The translations under genes and the position numbers were made by a program. The notes below the pieces were generated by a model. The model was given only the letters and a program-made list of their open reading frames with translations. It was not told the DNA's origin and ran no database searches. Below are positions 13,051 through 25,088 of a stretch of 64,000 bases of DNA, in pieces. The stretch covers positions 1 to 64,000 of the forward strand of contig BAAIJX010000016.1 of assembly GCA_054600435.1 (NCBI GenBank). The letters are read 5' to 3'. The first letter of the stretch is position 1, and each line of letters begins with the position of its first letter. This DNA comes from Neophaeotheca triangularis. Lineage: Eukaryota.

Positions 13051-14120
13051 CCGGGGCGGGAGGTTGGCGGGGGATTGGCGGGGGATGGTTTGGTGGTGGT
13101 GGCGGTAGGGGTCGAGCAGCAATCGACTAGATAGAAGGTTAACGAGCGCTTGGGGAGCTAATCCCTGGCGAATTTGGTCTCCTGTTCTATCTTTACGTCT
13201 CTTGTCTTTACTTTTTTCCCTGCGTTGTTGTAACACAGTACCTGCTTCAACACCTAGCAATCTCGAGGCCACTTGGCTGCCTGGAGCAACGTAGCAACAA
13301 ATAAACTCCGTGTGGGGATTGTCCTCCTAGTGGGTGATTGTCACTACAAGCCCCTGAATTTGGCCCCGGGCAGAATTGACGTTGCAAATTTAATGCAACC
13401 CTACAAACAGTTAATGTTGCCATATCTAACTTCAAGCTATTGCAGCCGTCATGGTCGCTTAGTCTGTGGTAGTCAGAACCGCCTGGATGAGATCAAGAGA
13501 GCTGAGCATCCGGGACATGAGCTGGCAATAGCTTGAAAATGAATGAGCGAAAATGCATGACGTGCGCTCCCGGCCACTGCCTCGTTGACTCTGCACCGGT
13601 CCACTGGATATTCTTGTGGCACCACCGCAACACGTAGCAGCACAACCTTCATCGTTGTGAACGAACTTCTCAGGCGCGTGCACCTTGGGCATTGTCCTGA
13701 TGGAAAGGAGAATCGTCAAACGAGCTGGGACCGGCGTCGAAAATGACATCGAGTGAATACATTTCTTCCCGGCTAGTCTTTATTAGTGTTTTCTTTTCGC
13801 TACTATCTTGCAGCGCTGCTACTAGGCACATCATGGGTCAGCGTCAAGCCATCTGCCAGTCGCGTGAAAATGCCCGAGCCTGCAGCTGCCCACCAAAATC
13901 GTCAGGCTTCGAACCTGGCATGGCTTGAAGCTATGCAGCAGCAAAGCACACGCCGTCCTGAGCTCTGGTCCATCATTCCCGTTGGCCCGGCCGCCGCCTC
14001 TGAGGCGCGCTGGCAAAGGCACTCACTACCACACTGCCTGTCTTCCACCAAAGTAATCGAACCTCTCAGATCAATTCACATCAGCGCCATGAAATCGTAC
14101 CGTCCCAAGCATCGCGATCT

Positions 14121-14666
14121 CTAATCCTCCTTCCTCTTCTCCCCAAGCTCCACACCCATCTGCTCCAACATCTCCCCCACCACGGAAACAATAATCCCAT
14201 GATCCTGCTCTTGCTTCAATCCCGAAACCACAACCACAGCCACAATCCCCTCCACGCCCCTAACCCTGAGCGGCCATCCTCCTCCATGAATAGCGTACTG
14301 GCCAGCAGACTCGCCCAGCATATACTTTGCCCTGAAAGCAGCCTCATCACCCGCGAACTTGTTGTGCATGTACCAGGAGGACTGACCCCATCGAAGCACG
14401 GTGTTTCGTTTGCGGGCAACCCAGTTGTCGTTGTCGGGAGCTGTGCCGGAGGAAGTCGCTGTTCGGAAGAGGCAGTGGTTGCCATGTGCTAACGAGATGT
14501 CGATGATGCAGGGTTTGGGGAAGAGGGCCAGCTTAGCTCTCAAGGCTGAACCTAGGTCCCAGGCAGTTTGTGCGGTGAAGGCTGGGAACGCGAGGGTCGT
14601 GTCGATGTGTTCGATTTGCTCGAGCTCTCGGGGAGGCATCGGAATAGGGACGGGATCGGCGGCCAT
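14121..14666 (-). CDS. UPF0303/YBR137W-like protein (GlcG/HbpS haem-degrading-like fold)
   Basis: FTAQTAWDLGSALR, GTAPDNDNWVARKRNTVLRWGQSSWYM and YAIHGGGWPLRVRGVEGIVAVVVVSGLKQEQDHGII. Confidence 0.85.
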   Translation of the reverse strand: MAADPVPIPMPPRELEQIEHIDTTLAFPAFTAQTAWDLGSALRAKLALFPKPCIIDISLAHGNHCLFRTATSSGTAPDNDNWVARKRNTVLRWGQSSWYMHNKFAGDEAAFRAKYMLGESAGQYAIHGGGWPLRVRGVEGIVAVVVVSGLKQEQDHGIIVSVVGEMLEQMGVELGEKRKED

Positions 14667-15210
14667 GATGTACTACAGATCGAGTTACTGGCGGTCTTTT
14701 TCGGTACAATGAAGTCGAAGTGTTGGGTCTTCAAGCAGAAAATTCTCAGATAAAAGGTGGCCTACTTGTTGTGGTGTACCTTGTGCGCTTCCCGGATCCA
14801 GCATCGGTATAGCCCCACATTGACTACCGGAATCGGCTTAGCGCGTTCGAGTGAGAGTATATCGCTGGCCACGATTAGTGGGCTGGCCCTACAAGAACCT
14901 TGGGAATAACTGGGAGCACGTATTACCTCTCGTAATCTTCATACTGCCGACAAATTGCAATACCGTGAGAGAATGCATGTAGAAGTGTAAATGAAAACTG
15001 CGGAAGCTCGCCAAGGTCTGCATTCGCTGCCGAATTTACGCCTGGATTCCCTGTTACGCCAACGCAACGCGGAGTCAGGCTCCATTTTATAAATGCCAAA
15101 AGAAAGGGGAAAGGCCACAGGGAAAAGGCCACATTGTAGTATGCGACCTCTAATCATAAATCAGCTAAAACCGATCAAATGTTTTGCCAAAAAGAGCAAA
15201 AAAGGAAAGT

Positions 15211-15310
15211 CTCCCGCGGAGAGGCTCGAACTCTCAACCTTGAGATATCATCTCAGCCCAAAGATGGGGCCTTAAAAGTCTCACGCGCTAGCCAATTGTG
15301 CCACGCGGGA
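15211..15310 (-). tRNA. tRNA-Lys (anticodon UUU) with 26-nt intron (15247-15272)
   Basis: The reverse complement folds as a cloverleaf: acceptor TCCCGCG/CGCGGGA, D arm GCAC-AATTGGCTA-GCGC, anticodon stem TGAGA/TCTCA with CT-TTT-A, intron after position 37, T arm GAGAG-TTCGAGC-CTCTC. A downstream T-run fits a Pol III terminator. Confidence 0.93.
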
Positions 15311-15834
15311 TGGAGACGCCGATACCGGAAATAATGGGACTTTTTGTATATGGATTTTAAATTGCACCCTGCGGGCCCGATGGAAAAACTGTTGGCAATC
15401 AGTGTGGGATGGGTGGTTTTCTGCATTTCCTACTAGCAGACTTTCAGACGTTAAGATACTACGCCAAGTTCTTTACTGGCCCTACATAGATTGCCCCCGG
15501 GCCCAACACCACCGTGCATGCCAAGTGTTCGGCAACACGCCACCGACCTATTGTGAGAGAACCCCCGAACTTCAAAAGTATAAGTCGATCATCCGAGAAG
15601 CTCAGAGCCCCTTGAAAGACCTGCCAGGCTTTACGAAGCCTCATTGTTCGCACGCTGAAAACGGGACCTGGTCCACCTCTCCGGGAAGAACGATCAATTG
15701 CTGTCTTTGATCAAGTGGTTCCAATGGCATTTCCATTCCGGCAACTACATTAAACAGCTGCCACGTCCGATCATATCCGCAATCAACAACATTCCTTCCG
15801 CTCCGACAATGTTCCTCGAAGAGCGATGACCATC

Positions 15835-17647
15835 CTACATAACCCTGAAGATCGGGTACTCATCCCCCTCAGACACGGGCACGATGTTGAACGAAGCATA
15901 GGAGTCGATATTTTCAGGCTGCGTTCCCAAATTAGCGATCCAACACTTATAGAATTCATACCAACAAAACGAAAGCCACTCACCTCAAGCGCTACCATAG
16001 CGAGCGCAGCATTCCGCTGGGCAGTGGAAACCCAGTACGAGCCAACAGGCAACACGACCTCCTTCTCAACCACTTCCGTCGTCAAGGTCGATAGCACGGC
16101 GCCCTCGTAGTACGTCGAGCCCAGCGAGGAAGACGTGACGTTGAGCGCTTCCACGGTGCCGGAGTATGCGTAGTCGAGCTCGGTGACTTCGAGGCCGGAA
16201 GCCTCGAGCCGAGTGGCCAAGTCCGTCCAGGCGCGAGGGATGAGGTAGGCTTGCGGTTTCGCCCGGGTGAGGTTGGCGGTTACGGGGGTGGTGCTGGCGA
16301 ATTGGATGGGTTGGTCGACGACTTCGCCGCTGTTTACATCGATGAATTGAAAAGTGCGGTTGCTGAGTTCCGTATAGTCGGTGATGATGATCTCGGCCTG
16401 GCCGGTTATGAAATCGTCAATGCCCGCTTCGATGGTGTTGTAGACTGTTGCTGCGTTGTCGGCGGCCGTGTGGAGGATGGATTGCACCATGGTCAGGGAA
16501 GCGGCGGTTCGGCGGTAGAATTCTTGGTCGGCGAGACCGATACCCTTTGGACGATATCGTTAGCTCGAGAGTTTGTAGATGTCTGTCCTACCAAAGCGAA
16601 CTTACTCTCGCCTCGGTGAGGAAAGTCACTGCTTGCGTAAGACCCATTCCGTTGCGACCAATCTTAGCATCGCTGCCAGCTTCATTGAAGACGATAGGAG
16701 ACACGCCGCTAGCCCCGGTGACATACGGCTCCCAGCGGAATCCACTAGCTTCGAGGTCAGCACCCATGTTGGTGGCAAAGAGTTCCTCAGCCAGGTTGCG
16801 GATATTCTCATTGATGTTGAGGTTCTTGGCCGCGGCGAAGAGTCCATCGCTAGCGTGAACGAGGTCACTGTCTTCGCCGTAACGAGTCTGCGCACCAAAC
16901 TCGTGAGCGTCGACGATGATGTGTGGGCCAAAGTCAGTGAGGAGTTCTTTGATATCGCGGGTTTGTTGGCGGTTGAGCTTGATGTGATCTCTGTTGGGAT
17001 CAAAGTTGGATGCCAGGACGCGTTGGAAGTAGAATGTCCCGTCCAAGTTGTAGCGCGGGAACAGCATAATGTCCATACAGTTCAACAGGTACTTGGCGTA
17101 TTCAGGATCGTTGTCCATAGCGCCGAGCAATGCGAGAAGGGACTGGTCTCCTGCGGGTTCATCGCCATGCTGGGCCGCTTGGATCCACACTCTGAGCTTG
17201 CCAGCTTCAGAAGTGCCGTTGGAAGACTGGCTAGAAAGATAGAGGTAGTTGAAAGTCCTGCCTTCTTCGGACAGGAAATCGGCTGTGCGGAGGTTGACCC
17301 AGTCGTGTTTTGCGGCAATGCTTGCTAGCCAGTATTCTGATAGGAAGAGTTAGCATGCTCTCAGCGACGGTAACTGCACTGCTACGGAACGACATACCAA
17401 GCTCCCACTGAGGAGTCGGTCCACTACTACCCTCGGCAAACGTCTCCGGCACGCTTTCGGGGCGGAGGAAGGCCGGGGAATAGAGTGTGATGTTGGGCCT
17501 GGGAAAGTTCGCTTCCACAATGGCAGAGTCCTGGTTCACGGGTCTCTGATTGAACCCATACTGGCTTCCGCTCGGGTTCGGAGCGCTCTGCGCACGCACG
17601 ACTGCAGACAGGGAGAAAGCAAGCTTCAGACTAGTCTTGAGATACAT
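15835..17647 (-). CDS. Secreted M14 zinc carboxypeptidase (3 introns)
   Basis: Signal peptide MYLKTSLKLAFSLSAVVRAQ; Zn motif QHGDEP, PRYNLDG, DPNRDH, VDAHEF; C-terminus PENIDSYASFNIVPVSEGDEYPIFRVM*. Confidence 0.85.
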
Positions 17648-18648
17648 GATGAAGAGCAAACGGATGGAAATAATAGTACTCGAAGAAAGCTGCAAATGAG
17701 AGCGGTCCCCTACCTCCTACTTATACTTGATATCGGCGCAGTTACACCTGCATTACTGGGATTCTCTTTGAAAGCTAATGCCCTGCGTCTCGTCTTGGCT
17801 ACTCATCCAAGGGTTGATGGGAGGCTGGTATCGTTGCTCGCTCGCCGTGAGTTGTCTTATCACTTTCCCGTTGCGGTTCAGTCGTCGCCAAGCATACTGC
17901 GGGCCAAGGCAGCCCCGCTGCTGCAGAAGCAGGACATGGGTGAAAGCGGGTTTGACGGATACTACAGTATCTCGGTGGTTGCTATGGCGGTTACATGGGT
18001 GTTTTGTTTGACAAACCACTATCTCAAGCATACCTAATAACGTATCCGAGTCCTCTGCTATCTCCCTCTCTTGACGGCGGGTCGCGAGCTTTGGTATCGC
18101 GCTACTGGTTCCACCTTACAGGACTCCATCGCTCCACCCTCAGCGCAAGCTTGATATCTGCGTAAAAGGTGCCCAAAGACTTAGCCTATCTTGAGATGGC
18201 CCTATCGCTCCCCCCCTTTCCTGCGGCCTAATTCATCTCGTCGGACAAGGCATTGTATGTGCCCACGCAATTTGTCGGCTGCTCCTGAAAGGCAACAATT
18301 GGAAGAACTGCAGAATTAAGACATGATCATAGCAATAGTCAGCATATTGTACAGAGTTGACATAGCCAAGTCAAGCCAGCATTGCCACTCGGCACCGTAA
18401 AAGTAGAGCAGCTTTTCGCCCACGCCGTGACTGGTGTCGTCAGATATGAGCCACGCCTTTTCCACCTCCATCAGCAACATGTGCGCCTTTGGCCTTGCAG
18501 CCAGATTACTAAATTTTTACGCCCCAACGCCGCGCATGTCGTCTCAGGATCCCAATCAGCCCACCCTTGTCTCATTTCACGTCGCCGTATTGTTCTAGTC
18601 CTTTCTGTCAGCTCGCATGTCCCGCCAAAGCTTCGCACCCAGTGTCTG

Positions 18649-19440
18649 CTAACGTTGTTGGTGCATACCTTGCTGTGGCGGCATAGGATATGGCTGAGGC
18701 TGCGGTGGTTGCTGAGCCTGCATGTAAGCCTGGTACTGAAGAGCCTGCTGCTGATCCGCTGTCATGTAGGTTTGAGGAGCTTGGTTGCGGGGCATGCTCT
18801 GCGGCGGCATGGACTGAGGCATGGCCGGTGGAGCGGCGTGCTGTTCCTCGGGGGATTCGACAGCGGATTCGCCCTCGACACCATTGCCGTCGGACGGCTC
18901 TGGCGCGTTAAGGCAGGCCTGGTTGCAAGTTAGCGACGGTGTAGTATAACGCTTGTCCTTGTATTTTGCGCACCTGGATGAGATTCTTGCCCTCAGGCTT
19001 GGTGACGAGCGGCTGGAGCTTTGGAGTGGTGAAGGTGTAGACCAGACCGGTCTCCGAGACGACGAGAAGGAGGACTTGAGTTCCTGTAAGGACGGACAGC
19101 TCGTATGCCTGCGGGTAGTGGTGTAAGTAACGCGACGCGACTCTCAACAAGACGCGTATGCCTTGTTGACATGGCCTGTCCGACGTACCTTCTTCATGAT
19201 ACCAGCCTTGCGCTTGGAGAAGGTGATGTGACGACGCGATTTGTCCTGGATGAACTTGATCTCAATCTTCCTCCTCTCGCGGCCAGGCTTGTCGTCGTCG
19301 TCGTCGTCGTCGTCCGGGGCGGCGGCGGAGGTGCGCTGGCGCTTGATGCCGCGAGCTTCGCCGGCGCCATTACCGTTCTCGAAATCATCGTGCACACCGG
19401 GCGAATTGTTCTGGTCGTGTTGGGTGATTTCGCCAGCCAT
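18649..19440 (-). CDS. MCM1: SRF-type MADS-box transcription factor Mcm1 (3 exons)
   Basis: ERRKIEIKFIQDKSRRHITFSKRKAGIMKK|AYELSVLTGTQVLLLVVSETGLVYTFTTPKLQPLVTKPEGKNLIQ|ACLNAPEP followed by a Q/P-rich tail. Confidence 0.96.
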
Positions 19441-20553
19441 GATGCCCGCCGAGACGATCAATAAAGGTCGAGTAAGGGACTATGACGCTTTGGGTTGATG
19501 TGGGGATGGGTTGCCTCTTTGGAGCTGGCCGTATGAAGAAGCTGGCCGGGCGCGGGACGGTCGGTGAGTCGGCAGAGGACGGAGGTTGGCTGAGCAAAAA
19601 GCCTGGGCGTGGGTGGGTGGAAGCTTCAGGGAAGAAGTGGAAAACTACGCGTGGAGGGAGTTATTAGCAGACGCTTCAGGTTAAGCCGATCGTAAAGCAA
19701 GATGAAAGAAGCAAGGCCGCCGTTCTGTATTGCTCGATGGGGCTACGCGTGTAATAATAATGAGTTGTAAGGGGGGGATGGGAAGAGAGATGGGCTGTGC
19801 GAGGAATGCGGCAAAGCGGGCGAGAGAGCGGCGGCTGACTCACCCACCAATCAAAAGGCAGATGCAGCCCTGGAGGTGGTCGAGGGAGGATGAAACAGCC
19901 GACTACTCGTACTCGTACTGACTGAGAAGAAGATGTCAGTGACGAGCAACTCTCTCTCACTCACTCACTCTCTCTCTCTCTCACAAGCCGGTGCGAGAGT
20001 GAGCAAGCCGCAGGGCAAGCTTGGGAAGAGCAACGTCCACAGGCTCGCCCGGACAAATGCGATGGGGTCGCCCAGCGCCCCGATACGCGCATTTGCATGT
20101 TCTGAACGTGCCTGGACCACCTACTCTGCCGTAGGAGGTAGCGGAGAAGACTTCGCGTCGAGGAGGGCAATGTTGCAGTTGCGAGGTGCTCATGTCGTCG
20201 CACTTGTGCTGGTGCACGTAGTACCCACTATGTGATATGGGACTGTACTGTGACGAGGAGCAGTGATGAAGCTTGATGGAACGTACCTTTTGATCTTCTC
20301 TCGCCCTGGCTGGTCGTCGTGTCTTGTTGGGTATAGCGTGAAGAGGATGATGGAAAGAGTTAAGTGCGAGACCAAAGGGGGTGTATAGCCGAGTTGCAGC
20401 ACACGGACCCTCCCGCATATCTCACGTCATGTGACCCTCGCACTTACCTAACCTTCACCTAGGTAACTTGACTTAACTTAACTTCAGGTAACTCCTCACC
20501 GCAGGCGCGGCTGTAGGGTTTCCACTCACTTCACATCAAGATGCACGGCCAGC

Positions 20554-21324
20554 ATGTTCTCAGTTGCAAACGCATTTTGGCGCCTCGAAAGGTACTTTAG
20601 TTATAAAATGGTTTCCGGTAGGCTATTCATCTCGCGACGCATGTCTCCAGAGCTCGTTACCCATCTTTTAAGTCATTTACACTACTCTTTAACCAAAATT
20701 CTAACCAAGCTCCCGACCTCATGCAAACAACAATGATTTTTGCCCATCAGCTGCTCGGATCAGGTTTCACCACGATGATCAATTGTATCAATTCGCCGGG
20801 TCATCTACGAACTGTACTTGCTGCTCCTACTACTGGCCAGCTTGGTCTTATCAATCTACCGCGGAAAGGGAAACCCAGCATTCGCAGTTTCCGCGCTTAT
20901 CTTCTACCTGTACGCAAAGAACGTCATCACGAACGCTGTAATCCTGACTCCAAAGCAAGTTGTTGAGTTCGCAGGCTTCTTTATTGGCTGTTCATTGCTG
21001 TGCTCTGCGATGGTGACGAGCTGCCTCATTGCAATATGGGAGTGACATCTACCTAGGTAGGTTGTCAAGGTATATTCGGCTCATGTGACGACGCTACTGA
21101 CGCTCGTCGTCGTTGCCTTGTCGCAAGGATCCCTCGGATTAGGGCAATCTGCAGGAAAGGGTGGACCACCGCGGCCATGCGCCTTGTGCTTGAACTTCCA
21201 CGGAAACACAGCTCACATAAATGCTGATGAAGGCTCGAACGTGAATATCACTCATATCATTGCGTCCGGAGACTACCCACCTACAACCGAGCACGAGCCG
21301 GATTTCCAAGACCCAACTCCCTAA
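20554..21324 (+). pseudogene. Possible decayed membrane-protein gene (single frame with 4 internal stops)
   Basis: ORFs 20554..20736, 20818..21045 and 21085..21324 share one frame. Internal stops lie at 20734, 20776, 21043 and 21058, and there are several hydrophobic segments. Confidence 0.3.
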
Positions 21325-23367
21325 TGAAAATATCCGCCGCCTTTTCACCCACAAGGAACGCGGTATTCCCCGTGTTAGCGCCAACATTCTCCGGGGGCAC
21401 GCTCAAATCCGCCAACTTCAACCCATTGGTACCGTGAACGCCCAAGCTCGCATCCACCACGCCCATTTTTTCACGCGGCGCCATCTTACACGTCCCAAGC
21501 GAATGCCAAGTCGTGCTCACGGTTTCCCTCACCTTCTGCTCAATGGCCTTGTCGTCTTCCTTGGTGTACCGTATGCGCTTCGCGCTCTCACCGACCGGTC
21601 CGTCAGCGGTCTCGAGAACAGCGGCCTCAGAGCCTTCAGGGAAGCGCGGATGTGTTGAAGCCAGTTCGCCGCGGAAGATGCTCATGCGGCGCAGAATGTC
21701 CCTCTGCAGTTTGTACGCCCAGACGTGCTTTTTCAAGTCATTGTCGTCCGTGTCAGTAAGCCAGCCGACATCAAAGTCAGCAGGGTCGAGCAGGCCCTTG
21801 CCAGTGATGTGGATGTGGCCGCGCGACCACGGGTACGCTGTCCAGTTGGCCATGGACACGTACTCGGAGTCGTCGGGCAGCATGCTGTGGTCGCCGTAGT
21901 AGCACAGGTACAGCGCGATGATCATTAGCGGTCTGTCGGGCAGGTTCTTGAAGTCGCGGTCCCAGGCTTTGCGGAACTCGGGGCCTAGCGCATCGATGTC
22001 TGCTTCGGTCGGCCTGAACTTGCCGGAGGCGTCCATGGCATTGGTGCCCAGGAGCTCACGGGTCTCGCGAATGGCCTCTGCGACGTCGAAGCGGCCATCT
22101 GTGAAGCCGTTGATGGTGTCGTGCTTCGACAAGCTCGTGCGATAGGAGTAGAGTCTAGCAAATTGTCAGTCGAGTTTCGCTCAACTAAGTCGCAACATTG
22201 GCGTACGTGAGATGATGGTCCTGGTAATCGTTGCCCACGCCCGGCAGATCGACCAAAAGAGGAACGCCCGCGCGCTGCAAAATCTCCGGGTCCCCTACTC
22301 CAGATCGCTCAAGGATCAAGGGCGTTCCGTTGGCACCTGCCGAGCAGACTACCATCTTCCGCGTCCGGACAGTTCTTGGCGTTTGGAAAGCGCTCATATA
22401 CTCGGGGTTTGGCAAGAACTTCGGATTAGTCTGATACTCGACGCCAACGGCGCGTTTGTTCTCATCGAAGAGCACACGGATGACCTGCTTCTGACACAGG
22501 ACGTGCAAGTTCGGATAGTCGCCGGACCGTAGTTTGGGGTGGATGTACATGTGTGCTGCGTCTGAGCGTCTTCCATTCGGGGCGATATATTTCATCCATC
22601 TCTCAGTACCATTGTTAGCGTCGAGGTTTTGAAGATCCTTGAGCTCAGAGTATCCCATCATATCGGCGGCGTCAATGAAGGCACTCTCGGCTTCCTTGCA
22701 GGTGTGGGTGCCCTTGGACACACCGACTGGGCCACTGCTGCCGTGGTGTTCTTTGTCTCCTTTTCCGTGGTAGTTCTCGAACTGTGAAAGTATTAGCAGA
22801 CTCTTAGCAGGACTGAGATGGAGTCCCCCACGCCTGGTGAGAGGCTGACCTTTTTGAGAAAGGGATAAAGCTCGTCTGCAGACCAGCCAGGCGAATTCCA
22901 CGAGTCAAAGTCAGATCGCTGCGCGCGGGTGTACACCTGCCGGGGCATTAGCATACTTGTCACCACACGTCGCTCGGGGTGTTTCTTGCCATCCAGTTTA
23001 TGGAGCTCCCCCCACCGAGCGTACCGCCTGACGGCACAATTGGCCTCCGATCCGCCAACTGCTTGGACTGGTTACCTTGCCAAAACAAGGTATGCTTGCT
23101 CGTTGGCATAAGATTGCGCGGGTAAAGAGCAGGATGCACGACCTCGGGGACACCGTAGTTGTCGGGTCCACCCTCGATGACTAGTACCGAAAGCTGAGGG
23201 TCCGCTTCCGCTAGGCGGCCTGCTACGACGCAGCCGGCGAGACCTCCTGGAACGGTTTGTCAACCATGTGTTCTCGCTGCGATGAGACATAAGGATTCGA
23301 TTATACCTCCTGCAACGATTACATCCACCTCGTCTAGTCCCTGGGGAAGCTTTGTGTAGATGCCCAT
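21281..23367 (-). CDS. GMC oxidoreductase, alcohol oxidase type (AA3_3-like), peroxisomal PTS1 -ARL
   Basis: MGIYTKLPQGLDEVDVIVAGGG|LAGCVVAGRLAEAD (FAD-binding), GGTLGGGSSINWM, YTRAQRSDFDSW, LPGVGNDYQDHH, TTWHSLGTCKM, ADLSVPPENVGANT; ends RARL*. Confidence 0.92.
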
Positions 23368-25088
23368 ATTTAGCGAACGCTGCTATTGTTACGCTTCGAA
23401 CTATGAGAGGCAATGATCTTGGAGAGCTCCAGCGAGAGAAGACTGGCCGGTGACAGTCTTTTAACGTCCTCTTCGGCTGAAGTAGCTTACAGATATCTCA
23501 ACAATCACATGCGCGTAGAGGGGCTCTTCCCCTCACCTCATATGTCTTGACGAGCTCTGCTTGCTATTCCCGGTAGATCTGTGCAAGGTGTGCTCGAGGC
23601 TCGTTTGCAGTGTCTCGCAGCTCTCTAGACCCGGAGGCAGGCCACAGCTTCATTGGCTCCCCAAGTCAATTGCAGGAGCTAGTGTAATGTACCCCAAGTT
23701 CACATGTGCGGAGGTGGAGCTCTGATGGAGAGTCCGAAGCGTGTCAATGTTGGTTAAATGGCGATCGTTTCGTCTGAGCCGGCGTTACGGATACACTCTC
23801 TGTCCAGATAGCTACGGTGTGTGTTGATGGGCGAATAGAGCTATATCAGCAGCCTAGAAATATATCGACCTCGCTTCTCGGATACATGCTACAATGCAGA
23901 CGATTATGAGCCAAGGGCTTTGTCACTTTGTGTTTCTGCCGTGCTCCGGAATCCCAACTATTCAGGTTCAGTGAGATGGGAATAAGGTCAATGTTGCCGA
24001 CAATCCATCATCGCCGGAGCCGGTTCGCACAGTGCTGATTCTAGCTTCGTCCGTACGAGATACAGTATTCGGGCAACATGAAAGCTTCCCACTCGTACCA
24101 GGTAGCTCATGTTGATAATCGGCCTTCTTCTTGTCTGGCAAGCGCCATGTCTGGGAGTCCTCCGGCCGAAGTAGCTGGATGATGTTCCGATCCAATGCCT
24201 GACGCTAGATTAGATGCGGGTGCTCATGTCCACGGGTATCTCTGGATTCGTCGCAATGAGCTCCTGCCATGGCATTCATCTATCTAGGCTTAAGCAGATT
24301 TAGCAGAGACGAAAAGTTCCTGAAAGAATTCATATTGTTCCATACCTAGGTGCTTGTTGGCCGGTTTGGTAGGGTTTGAATGCTCCAACGGCAGCGCTGC
24401 GACAAAGACAGCCAACGCTTGAATGAGCAGATAATGATGCCGCGAGCGACCATATAGAACAATAGGCACGTAGCGGAAATGAGAGTAAGAGAGCCGTTGT
24501 GATATCAAGTTCCAGGTTTGCAGGGAAAGCGAAAGACGATGAATCTTGAAACGCCGTCGTGTTTCCGGGTGTCCCCGCCAGGCCGCTTCGTCTTTTCCGA
24601 TACATATACCACCACCTCCTACTGTATTTGCAGCGAGTCGTTGCCACACTACTATTACAAGCCTCCCTCGGTACACCAATAGCTCTGGAGTGTGTCCCCA
24701 GTACATGTCCCATACATGGCAGCGTCGTGCTTTGACTTTCGATGCCTGCTGTACTTGTTTTACGGCTTTCACAATTACATTGCCGCATTATCGCTGTCTT
24801 CTCGGTGTGGTTTTAAGGCTGAACGACAGGTGTCTCACGTTTCGCCTTCGTCTCACCCTACGACCCTTGCCAGCGCCATCATTACATCCTCAAACGATTG
24901 CGGTATGAGGGTTGTGGTCGAGCCTCATCGCAGAGAAGGTCCATCGTGTCCCCTGATAATGGCCTTCCACCTGATCAAATACTAGCTCCAACACTGCTTA
25001 AACCGTCTGCGATCGCTAAGTTGTTTCCTCTCTTTCCTCCTTCTTGTCAGATCCTCTCAAAACCCTTGAGGTAGTTCACCTTGTCAAC

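Noticed and set aside
14900..15180. ncRNA or snoRNA downstream of the tRNA
   Set aside because: No convincing C/D or H/ACA boxes or known fold; a covariance-model search would be needed.
23968..24985. Short ORFs between the oxidase and the A-T-C gene as extra cluster genes
   Set aside because: They overlap on both strands, have no family motifs, and several have non-ATG starts; more likely promoter DNA.
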